Assembly: GCF_001194135.2 (NCBI RefSeq)
Contig: NC_068992.1
Location: 59,473,824 to 59,537,823, forward strand
Direction of reading: 5' to 3'
DNA from: Octopus bimaculoides
Lineage: Eukaryota
Length of the DNA: 64,000 bases
Shown: piece after piece, positions 25,144 to 34,014 of the stretch
Layout of the letters: every line of letters begins with the position of its first letter
Numbering within the stretch: position 1 is the stretch's first letter
Made by a program: the position numbers and the translations under genes
The notes under the pieces: generated by a model
What the model was told of the DNA's origin: nothing
Database searches by the model: none
The model's input: only the letters and a program-made list of their open reading frames with translations

Positions 25144-26868
25144 GTACAATAACCATGTCATGTCTATTTTTATAAATCCTCCTCATCATTATCATTTAGC
25201 ATCCATTTTCCATACTGGCATGGGTTGTATGGTTTGGTTTGACAGTAGCTGGCCAACTGGAGAGCTGTACCAGGCTCCAGTTGTCTGGTTTCACTGGGTT
25301 TCTATGGCTGGATGCCCTTCTTAATGCCAGCCACTTTACAGAGTGTACCGGGTGTGCTTATGTGCCACCAACATGGGCGTTTTGTACATGGCACCAGCAT
25401 GTAAAATAATAAAGGTTTTTGATTTAGTCATAAGGGAACTATTTTGAGGGGAGGGGCTAGTTGATTGCATCAATCCCTCTACTTTGGCTTAGTGGTTAGA
25501 GCGTTGAGCTCTAATCATGAGGTAGTGAGTTTGATTCCTGGGCTGTGTGTTGTGTTCTGTTCTTGAGCAAGACACTTTATTTCACGTTGCTCCAGTTCAC
25601 ACAGCTGTAGAAATGAGTTGTGGCGTCACTGGTGCCAGGCTCTCAAGAATTAAGTAAGCAAACAGGAAAAATAATCCAGAATCCTTGTCTGGTACCTGAT
25701 CGATCCCAATGGTAGTCATGGAATGAGAAAGTGGGTGTGTGGGCCGTGTTTGTATTGCTGTGTGGGTCGTCTGCATTGGGAACAGGGGCAGTTTTTCTCT
25801 ATGAAGGCCTTTTTTAGTCTATCCATTGATATAGTATCTTTACGATCATTAAGGTCTATAGAGAAAAATTTATCCGTGTATGAAAGAAAACAGAAAGGAC
25901 CTGTATACAGTGCTGTTAACAGAGGTTTAACAACATTGTTGTGCACAAAAATGTGAGTCCAAGAAGTAAAGCTTCCTTCAAGGCAGAGCTAGAAATGCAA
26001 TTGTTTAGTAGGTAAGAGGTTTTAAACAGGAGCGATATATTCAAAATTGGTGAAACTAAAAATTGTTGAGGATAAATTAGATTTATTATTGTTACTGAAT
26101 ATGCTGGTGTTATCTAATTCCTGAATGGTTTTGCTGTCGTTTATGTAGTTTGATTCCTTTATTTATCAGTTTCTACTAAGATAGAGATGTGAGTAAAATT
26201 AATAATAGAGGAACAAAAACAAAACTTTGGAAACAGCAACGCTCCCATAACTTACATGGAAACCATGAGCATACTTTCAAGGGAGATAATCAGAGAAAGA
26301 CTTGAAAGTCAATGTAAGAGCGTAATACTTCATGTAAAGTTAAGTAAATATAACAAATAATCCAGAATCCTTGTCCGGTACTGGATTGATCCCAAAATCG
26401 AATTAAGTTTGTGCCAGTCATAAGGCCAAACATCCCTGAAAGTTTCATCCGAATCCATGCAGCAGACAAACAAACAAACACAACTGAAAACAATACCTCC
26501 GTCTTCGCTAAGGCGAAGGTAATAATTCTTTCTATTATAGACTCAAGGTCTGAAATTTTGGGGAAGGAGACTAGTCGATTACATCGACCCCAGTATGCAA
26601 CTGGTACTTAGTTTATCAACCCTGAAAAGATGAAAGGCAAAGTCAACCTTGGCGGAATTTAAACTCAGAATGTAAAGACGGGCAAAATGCTATAAAGCAT
26701 TTTGCCCGGTATACTAATAATTCTGCCCACTCGCTGCCTTACATAATTATAATACTAATAATAATGATGGTGATAATGATAATAATGATAAATTAAAATA
26801 ATAACAATAACGATGATAATTCTGCTTTCTTTATTCAGCTGGTACCAAATGAAGGAAATCCTTCCTAG
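2178..26868 (+). CDS. LRRC23: Leucine-rich repeat-containing protein 23 (radial spoke LRR protein), copy A; join(2178..2287,3785..4041,10360..10490,19446..19582,22403..22479,24585..24727,26839..26868); 5' (ATG) exon not located
   Basis: Seven GT-AG exons with matching phases (0-2-1-0-2-1-0) give 294 aa plus stop. Peptides ILSEEVVKEGISSLRRTGSGLAYSFIKLDLS, TDISILEKYIHLRIVNVSNNYLTDL and NPISQDGDYRVEIL are colinear with human LRRC23 as recalled (LTEDMMKEGLSLLCKTGNGLAHAYVKL; LTDIYLLRSYIHLRYVDISENHLTDL; NPCTDETSYRQEAL). SDS22-like LRRs plus LRR cap. Confidence 0.9.
2400..2890 (-). mobile_element. RTE-clade LINE fragment (RT C-terminus and 3' end)
   Basis: Minus-strand KAKLTAFNSVFVPSLTYSHEYWIMTKRVQSQIQAAEMGFL*R resembles Rex3/Expander-type RTE ORF C-termini; contains stops. 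Confidence 0.8.
3262..3575 (+). mobile_element. Non-autonomous Helentron/DINE-1-like (HINE-type) element
   Basis: 5' hairpin tacctctgcctt-agtg-aaggcggaggta, internal (GTTT)n, shared core ccggacaaggattctggattattt; family call from structure only. Confidence 0.5.
3785..4041 (+). CDS. LRRC23: LRRC23-A exon: KMTDISILEKYIHLR...RYIDLS
   Basis: ttaccag|G acceptor, A|gtaagt donor, 257 nt, phase 2->1; overlaps ORF 3789..4049; LRR motifs. Confidence 0.93.
6460..7324 (+). mobile_element. Mariner transposase fragment (C-terminal half plus 3' end), interrupted by a microsatellite cassette
   Basis: GQMVNKEYFVKVLWKFRKR...QWHLHQNNTPVHNS...KTVPHSPS in ORF 6530; resumes about 7090 (LFSK...VLDTITLEDFR); ends tctcaaaacttctggaatgcactttgTA. 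Confidence 0.8.
6823..8270 (+). repeat. Duplicated composite microsatellite cassette (6823-7045 and 8011-8270)
   Basis: Both copies: ctgcccc..ccatccacccatacgtacatac-(CATA)n-tatactatatctttaat[g/a]ttcatgggagaagaggaggaggaaga-(GAA)n. Confidence 0.9.
9085..9520. repeat. CT/TCTG/TA low-complexity tract
   Basis: Directly visible. Confidence 0.95.
10360..10490 (+). CDS. LRRC23: LRRC23-A exon: NKIKEVPPFDGSGFHHLTTLKIEGNRIQNINEFNIPNLKILHL
   Basis: ttacag|AC acceptor, CTT|gtaagt donor, 131 nt, phase 1->0. Confidence 0.92.
10690..11660. repeat. Cluster of trinucleotide microsatellites (AAT, GAC, CAC, ACT, GGT, AAC) interleaved with SINE C fragments
   Basis: Directly visible. Confidence 0.9.
14180..14490. 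repeat. Compound (CAT)n(CCT)n(TAT)n microsatellite
   Basis: Directly visible. Confidence 0.95.
16275..16762 (+). mobile_element. RTE-tailed retroelement family D, long copy (over 20 copies, e.g. 3000-3190, 5570-5800 -, 23705-24115 -, 46945-47375, 51783-52016 -, 54270-54525, 55548-55730 -)
   Basis: About 60-bp internal subrepeats, RTE-like tail ggcgttaggaagggcatccagctgtagaaac, ends gcatggaaagcggacgttaaac(GAT)n. Confidence 0.85.
16875..16995. repeat. Long inverted repeat (47-bp arms, 27-nt spacer)
   Basis: 16875-16921 vs reverse complement of 16949-16995: 42/47 identical. Confidence 0.9.
19446..19582 (+). CDS. LRRC23: LRRC23-A exon: GQNKITSTEWVLDLVNLEELKLNNNLIEKTHGFNSNMTKLKYIDL
   Basis: ttgtag|GGT acceptor, AA|gtaggt donor, 137 nt, phase 0->2; not in ORF track. 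Confidence 0.92.
19638..19960 (+). mobile_element. SINE family A copy, 56 nt after the LRRC23-A exon ending 19582
   Basis: Near-identical head and tail to 1-255. Confidence 0.85.
22002..22400 (+). repeat. CT-rich tract abutting an LRRC23-A splice acceptor
   Basis: About 400 nt, almost all pyrimidine, no AG dinucleotide. Confidence 0.95.
22403..22479 (+). CDS. LRRC23: LRRC23-A exon: ENKIAQYYDLSQMSTLPQLNSLMLN
   Basis: ccattcag|A acceptor, G|gtaagt donor, 77 nt, phase 2->1. Confidence 0.9.
23705..24115 (-). mobile_element. Family D long copy
   Basis: Reverse complement of 16275-16762. Confidence 0.85.
24585..24727 (+). CDS. LRRC23: LRRC23-A exon (LRR cap): NPISQDGDYRVEILSILKTLTVLDEEEFTDEDHAEVRDIAKQRHNSE
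   Basis: atccag|AA acceptor, GAG|gtactg donor, 143 nt, phase 1->0. Confidence 0.92.
24842..25140. repeat. GA-rich microsatellite tract
   Basis: Directly visible. Confidence 0.95.
25716..25960 (-). mobile_element. Ty3/Gypsy integrase C-terminal fragment
   Basis: VKPLLTALYTGPFCFLSYTDKFFSIDLNDRKDTISMDRLKKAF resembles the P-Y-GP...VS.DRLKPA tail of Gypsy integrases. Confidence 0.7.
26340..26525 (-). mobile_element. Second copy of the HINE-like element (a fragment also lies at about 25665-25712)
   Basis: Reverse-complement match to 3262-3480, including the hairpin and (CAAA)n. Confidence 0.6.
26839..26868 (+). CDS. LRRC23: LRRC23-A terminal coding exon: LVPNEGNPS*
   Basis: ctttctttattcag|CTG acceptor in phase 0, TAG at 26866-26868. 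AATAAA downstream, and homologous to the terminal exon of copy B. Confidence 0.8.
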   Translation: MVPNEGNPS

Positions 26869-27032
26869 TCCACTTGTCTGGCTGGCACCAAGCCACTTCA
26901 CTGATGGCACCAAATACAACTCCAGGAATGTTTCTGTCGTATTTATATTGTATTGATAAGATATTGATCTAATATTGATACAATATTGCTGTGAATATTA
27001 AAGTTATATTGATGTGTTGATTTAAAACTGAA

Positions 27033-27139
27033 ATAAATAATGTTGATATAATATTTGTGCTTTTATAATGTAATACTTATGAAATATTGTTGTGACATTG
27101 GTGTAATATTGATGCAATATTATTTTTGAATAAAATAAA
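27033..27139 (+). terminator. Candidate polyadenylation signals of LRRC23-A
   Basis: AATAAA at 27033-27038 and 27129-27139, followed by a GT-rich tract. Confidence 0.55.
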
Positions 27140-27269
27140 GGGGTTTAGTTCCTCTGTTGTGTCCTAAGCCCAAACTTTGTTTATTTGCAATTTGTTATTT
27201 GTTGTAGTCTTGTTCTGTTTTTATTCATTTATTTTTATCATCACAGTTAAATTCAAGTATAACCACTAC

Positions 27270-27830
27270 AGAGCAGGACAGGGTGGACTGGAGACTTAAA
27301 GACTTGAACCTTTGTTCTCCTGCTCAGATATTAGCAGTGCCAAACGCTCTTGTCCAATGTGTCCACAACTCATACAAGTCTGTTTAGGACTTCAGACTTG
27401 CAACTAATGCAGCTGTGAATCTCATTTCCGAGACAAGTGGTTCTAGTCTGTAGCTGTGAGACTTGGACACTGTCCAGAGCTTCACAGGACTATGGGTTAC
27501 CATTGGTCAGATTTTGTATCTGATCAACAACTCTGTTCAGAAACTGGGATGCATCTTCTTACTTGTATGATTTGGGAGTGCCAGCTCAGACGGTTTTATC
27601 TGTTGCTCAATTTTCTAAGTTGAACCCTACTTACTGTGGATCTGGCTGGGCTGATGGCTTGTCTTGGTCAACCACATACCACATGGTCATGACAGACGAA
27701 GAAGTATCTTGTGGAGATGGGGACTGATTAAGACTCTGTTCAACGGGTTGCCTGGGAAGACCCAGGAATATACGGACAAATGGCAAAGTGTTGCAAAGGG
27801 GGCATGCATACATGTTTGACCAAACAGTCA
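27270..27830 (+). mobile_element. Degenerate RTE-type LINE fragment, distinct family
   Basis: VLVCSCETWTLSR and MGYHWSDFVSDQQLCSETGMHLLTCMIWECQLRR resemble the YGCETW / RW.D.VSN..L motifs of RTE ORFs. Confidence 0.65.
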
Positions 27831-28092
27831 AGCTGTTATTCGTGTATCTTTTGTTTCAGTCGTTGGACTGCAGCCATGCTGAAGGATTTTAGCTGAACAA
27901 ATTGACCCTGGTACTTATTTATGTTTTAAAACTAGTATTTATTCTATTGGTCATTTTTGTTGACCTGCTAAGTTATAATGTTGGGTGTCAAGCAGTGGTG
28001 GCAGACAAACATGACACAGACACAAAGGCACATGTATATTTACATATATGCATATATATATATATGTGTATACATATCTATATCTATATATC

Positions 28093-28126
<34 letters not shown>

Positions 28127-29225
28127 TATATAAACATAATTAAGGGATCAGCAACAGTTGCTTCACCACATACCGAAGTTCAGAAATAGCAGCTAAAGTG
28201 CTAAAACTCCAACAGATAGCAATAACTAAGACTGGTTAGTTTCGTTGTTTTTTCTTCTTGTTTTGCCTTTGTGAGTTACAAGTATTGCNNNNNNNNNNNN
28301 NNNNNNNNNNNNNNNNNNNNNNNNNNNNNNNNNNNNNNNNNNNNNNNNNNNNNNNNNNNNNNNNNNNNNNNNNNNNNNNNNNNNNNNNNNNNNNNNNNNN
28401 NNNNNNNNNNNNNNNNNNNNNNNNNNNNNNNNNNNNNNNNNNNNNNNNNNNNNNNNNNNNNNNNNNNNNNNNNNNNNNNNNNNNNNNNNNNNNNNNNNNN
28501 NNNNNNNNNNNNNNNNNNNNNNNNNNNNNNNNNNNNNNNNNNNNNNNNNNNNNNNNNNNNNNNNNNNNNNNNNNNNNNNNNNNNNNNNNNNNNNNNNNNN
28601 NNNNNNNNNNNNNNNNNNNNNNNNNNNNNNNNNNNNNNNNNNNNNNNNNNNNNNNNNNNNNNNNNNNNNNNNNNNNNNNNNNNNNNNNNNNTATATATAT
28701 ATATATATATATATATGGTGGTGGTGGTGGTGTTTGTGTTTGTATGTGTGTGCAAATTTGTTTTTATTACCTACAGGTTACACAACATGTAGATTCACAT
28801 ACTTTATCTTGCAAGGGTTAACAATACATCTTAGTGTGACCTTAATTTAAGACTGATTGTTATGGTGGTGGTAGTGGTGGAAGTGTAGGGGTAACACATA
28901 TTTTAAACTGACGTTAATTTAATACGGCTGTCTGTTAGTTGGAGGGAGGAATTTCACTTTGTGTGTGTTGCATAAAAGTTTCTTTGTGGAACTCTTTGAC
29001 CTTTTTCATATAAAATAGACAGAACTGTGAAATTGAAACCAAATTAAAAACCAATTTCAAATGAAAAAAATATTGCCATTATGAGAGGAAAATCTTAATA
29101 CGTGTTTTGTGGTGAAGATTAACTGCTTTAAGTCATTTCTTGTCAGAACATGTTCTCAGCACAATAACTCTCTTTTTATAAGTATCATAATTTCTAGTAT
29201 AAAAATCAATATTTAAAGTAGCAGA

Positions 29226-29290
29226 TTTAATAGTTCACTGGTTAAAGCACTAGTCTTGTAAGCCAGTGGTTGTAATCCTCATTGGGGAAC
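29226..29290 (+). pseudogene. Degenerate tRNA-Thr(TGT)-like sequence
   Basis: tagttcactggttaaagcactagtctTGTaagccagtggttg..taatcctcattgggg follows tRNA-Thr-TGT, but the T-arm/B box is deleted. Confidence 0.55.
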
Positions 29291-29776
29291 TTCTGTTGGA
29301 ATTTAATTTTTAGGTGTAGGCATGCCCATGTGGTTAAGAAGCTTGATTANNNNNNNNNNNNNNNNNNNNNNNNNNNNNNNNNNNNNNNNNNNNNNNNNNN
29401 NNNNNNNNNNNNNNNNNNNNNNNNNNNNNNNNNNNNNNNNNNNNNNNNNNNNNNNNNNNNNNNNNNNNNNNNNNNNNNNNNNNNNNNNNNNNNNNNNNNN
29501 NNNNNNNNNNNNNNNNNNNNNNNNNNNNNNNNNNNNNNNNNNNNNNNNNNNNNNNNNNNNNNNNNNNNNNNNNNNNNNNNNNNNNNNNNNNNNNNNNNNN
29601 NNNNNNNNNNNNNNNNNNNNNNNNNNNNNNNNNNNNNNNNNNNNNNNNNNNNNNNNNNNNNNNNNNNNNNNNNNNNNNNNNNNNNNNNNNNNNNNNNNNN
29701 NNNNNNNNNNNNNNNNNNNNNNNNNNNNNNNNNNNNNNNNNNNNNNNNNNNNNNNNNNNNNNNNNNNNNNNNNNAT

Positions 29777-30907
29777 ATTGGGTCATCCCATAAATAGTGT
29801 TTTTTTTTATACTTTAATTTTTCAAAATTAAGATAAACAAAGTTCCTTTTTTAATCTAAAATATACTCTCCTTCATTTTCTACAATGCTCTTCCATCTAT
29901 CTGGTAGACTTACAAGGTCTCTCTTCCAAAATTCACTTGTCTGTGATGAAAAATACTCCTCCAGTACTGTTCTGACCTCGTCTACAGAATTCATATTTTT
30001 TCCATCCAGATGATTTTGAAGACTGCAGAATAAATGATAATCAGATGGGGCAATGTCTGGTGAATATGGTGGGTGGGACATTATTTCCCATTCGAACTGC
30101 TCCAGCCTTTGGAATGTCATCCTCGCTATATGTGGCTGAGCATTATCCTGACAGAAGAACACCTTTCGTCTTGAAACCAAAGACGCTCATTTTTTTTCTA
30201 TCACTGACCGAAGCCACTCAAGTTGCTTGCAGTAGGTCTCCTTTGTTATCGTTTTGGTTTGGGTTTAAAAGTACAAAGTGGACTAAACCTTTCATATCCC
30301 ACCAAACAGATAACAACACCTTACATGGGTGAAGACCTTCTTTAGCCTGGGGTGCCAGTGTTTCTCCTTTCCCTACCCACTGTCTTCATTGCTTGACATT
30401 TTGATAGGGAACCCATTTCTCATCACCAGTCACTATTCTGTCCAAAATGGTTTCATTTGTGAGACGTGACAGCAAAGAAGAGCACACATTCACTCTGTGT
30501 GTGCGATTAGACTTGGAAAGTTTGTGAGGAACTCATTAACCCAATTTGTTGGCTTTTCCAACGGTATGTAGGTGTTGATGAATGGTTGAATGACCAAATC
30601 TAAGCTTCTCTGCTAGTTCTTCAATAGTTACAGTGGGATTTTGTTCCACCAGGTTTTGCAGGACATTCTTGTCAAGTCCTACAGATCTTTCAGGATGAGG
30701 GTTGTGTTCTAGGCTGTAGTTTCCAGCTTGGAAAGAGCATGGACACGCGAAGCCAAAACTGGCTGACATTTAAGCAATGTCATTTTTCCTGTTATGTAGT
30801 GGTGTTGCAAAATTTGACTTGTGCATATTGATTTTCATTATGTCCTTTATATTGTAACAAAATTTCATGCATTTCATGACTGAAAACAGAAAACATGAAT
30901 GGGACAA
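29777..30907 (-). mobile_element. Mariner (DD34D) transposon relic, nearly full length, inactive
   Basis: Minus-strand transposase pieces: HTH (LVEQNPTVTIEELAEKL), *VPHKL (WVPHEL motif broken by TGA), IVTGDEKW, QDNAQPH, HPPYSPDIAPSDYHLF; several stops. TA-flanked end ttgggtcatcccataaat at 29777; degenerate other end near 30899-30907. Confidence 0.9.
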
Positions 30908-31161
30908 TAACAACCCTCCATCACTCTATGCAATATGATGACTAACGACAGGACGAGAGAAGAAAAACATGACACAAATACAAACAGTATAATATATAAA
31001 CCCATACTTAAGATGGAAAGAGAGAAAAAAAGTAAATAAATGTATAAAAAACAGCTAAAGGACATGGATGAAAATAGTGTCATAAGCAGTGCCCCAGCAT
31101 GGCCACAGCTCATGAGTTGAAACTGGATTAAAAAAAAAATATATATATATATATATGTGTA

Positions 31162-31192
<31 letters not shown>

Positions 31193-31957
31193 TTGTGTGC
31201 CTGTGTTTGTCCCCCCCACCCCAACATCTCTTGACAACCGATTCTAGTGTGTTCACGTCCCCGTAACTTAGCGGTTCGGCAAAAGAGACCGATAGAATAA
31301 GTACTAGGCACCCAAAGAATAAGTCCTGGGGTCGATTTGCTCGACAAAAGGCGGTGCTCCAGCATGGCCACAGTCAAATGACTGAAACAAGTAAAAGAGA
31401 NNNNNNNNNNNNNNNNNNNNNNNNNNNNNNNNNNNNNNNNNNNNNNNNNNNNNNNNNNNNNNNNNNNNNNNNNNNNNNNNNNNNNNNNNNNNNNNNNNNN
31501 NNNNNNNNNNNNNNNNNNNNNNNNNNNNNNNNNNNNNNNNNNNNNNNNNNNNNNNNNNNNNNNNNNNNNNNNNNNNNNNNNNNNNNNNNNNNNNNNNNNN
31601 NNNNNNNNNNNNNNNNNNNNNNNNNNNNNNNNNNNNNNNNNNNNNNNNNNNNNNNNNNNNNNNNNNNNNNNNNNNNNNNNNNNNNNNNNNNNNNNNNNNN
31701 NNNNNNNNNNNNNNNNNNNNNNNNNNNNNNNNNNNNNNNNNNNNNNNNNNNATATATGTAGAGAGTTTTTGAAGTGATGTACAGATATTGTATATTGAGA
31801 ATAATATTGTCTCAGTGCATTGTGCACGCTTGCACTATGCAATTTGAGGCCTATTTAGTTTCTATTATGAGAATGTGAAATGACCATAGTACAGACAGAG
31901 CATAGAGGGAGATAACTCTAAGTGTTCTTCCTGTTTGTTGTGAAAGTGGTGCTAACA

Positions 31958-32077
31958 ATGGAAGAAGTGGAAGACCCGTGTCTCTCTGACCAAGATTTCA
32001 CAAAACAACTTGAGAAATGTGTTTGTATTTTGAAAAAAGCTGGCACCGACAACGAAAAGCTGGCTGCACTAATGATG
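31958..32077 (+). CDS. NCDN: NCDN exon 1: MEEVEDPCLSDQDFTKQLEKCVCILKKAGTDNEKLAALMM
   Basis: ATG in acaATGg context, ATG|gtttgt donor, 120 nt. Confidence 0.88.
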
Positions 32078-33979
32078 GTTTGTAGGGACATCTTTTATGT
32101 ACATTATATATCGAGCTTCGCTCTTTTTTTTCTTTCTTTTTGTCATACTGCTTTCATCTTTCCTAATTATGATTAAATTTATTGAATTGAAGTAAATAAA
32201 AATATTCAGGTAAATTTTACAATCTTAGAAGTATACCTGTGTGAAGTCTGTCGCGTATACTAGATAGTATAAGTATTTGTTGCATTGTAATCCATTCATT
32301 TGGTGTAAATTCCCTTGTTTACATTGTGTCGGCGCACATGTAGTCGAGTCGAATGAAACCTTACAGTAAAAACTAAATGATTGTATATAAAAAAGATTAT
32401 TTGTTACTAATTTTGTATCATAATTTGTTGTCTCGGATCATCTGCGGTTTCTAAGTTTGCCAAACAACTTTGTAATTCCGAGTTCGATGCCACTTCGCGA
32501 TACCTTTACGAGTGAAATTTCGTAGATGATTCCTGCCGTTTGTTACAGAATACTTGAGTAAATCTATGATTATTTCATATGATGACATTATTATTACAAT
32601 ACTATTTTCGTAGTTATTTTATTAGTGATTCTAGGAACCTAAAAAATAAGTGTCGCAGTATTTTTTCACCAGTTAAAATATGTTTTAGCGGACAAAACAT
32701 CGTCATAGTAATCATTCAAGTTTTCATGTTCCCACGCTCAAGATCTCAATATGCTTATNNNNNNNNNNNNNNNNNNNNNNNNNNNNNNNNNNNNNNNNNN
32801 NNNNNNNNNNNNNNNNNNNNNNNNNNNNNNNNNNNNNNNNNNNNNNNNNNNNNNNNNNNNNNNNNNNNNNNNNNNNNNNNNNNNNNNNNNNNNNNNNNNN
32901 NNNNNNNNNNNNNNNNNNNNNNNNNNNNNNNNNNNNNNNNNNNNNNNNNNNNNNNNNNNNNNNNNNNNNNNNNNNNNNNNNNNNNNNNNNNNNNNNNNNN
33001 NNNNNNNNNNNNNNNNNNNNNNNNNNNNNNNNNNNNNNNNNNNNNNNNNNNNNNNNNNNNNNNNNNNNNNNNNNNNNNNNNNNNNNNNNNNNNNNNNNNN
33101 NNNNNNNNNNNNNNNNNNNNNNNNNNNNNNNNNNNNNNNNNNNNNNNNNNNNNNNNNNNNNNNNNNNNNNNNNNNNNNNNNNNNNNNNNNNNNNNNNNNN
33201 NNNNNNNNNNNNNNNNNNNNNNNNNNNNNNNNNNNNNNNNNNNNNNNNNNNNNNNNNNNNNNNNNNNNNNNNNNNNNNNNNNNNNNNNNNNNNNNNNNNN
33301 NNNNNNNNNNNNNNNNNNNNNNNNNNNNNNNNNNNNNNNNNNNNNNNNNNNNNNNNNNNNNNNNNNNNNNNNNNNNNNNNNNNNNNNNNNNNNNNNNNNN
33401 NNNNNNNNNNNNNNNNNNNNNNNNNNNNNNNNNNNNNNNNNNNNNNNNNNNNNNNNNNNNNNNNNNNNNNNNNNNNNNNNNNNNNNNNNNNNNNNNNNNN
33501 NNNNNNNNNNNNNNNNNNNNNNNNNNNNNNNNNNNNNNNNNNNNNNNNNNNNNNNNNTGAAGAAAATAATATATAAAAAAAAATAATATATAAAAAAATA
33601 ACTATACCAATACATTATATTGTCTTTGAGCTTTTGCAGTTCAATGGTAGTTCATGTATATAATGGTTGGAAAAATAAGGATGCATGAGAGCTGAGAGTT
33701 GTGTTAGGTTTAAAAAAAGGGTTAAAAGTTTGTGTTAAGCAGGAAGTGTGGTGTCAAAACAGGAAGTGTGTGTAAGGGGAGACAAATGTTTCAGTCATTA
33801 GACTGTGGCTATGCTGGAGCACTGCTTTGAAGAAATCTTAGTCAAATGAATTGATCCCAGTACTTAATTTTTTGCTAAGCTTGGTACTTATCCCGTCTCT
33901 TTTTTAAACCACTAAGTTACAGGAATATAAACAAACCAACACCAGTTATCGAGCAGCAGTGGGGGACAAACCTGGCACG

Positions 33980-34014
<35 letters not shown>

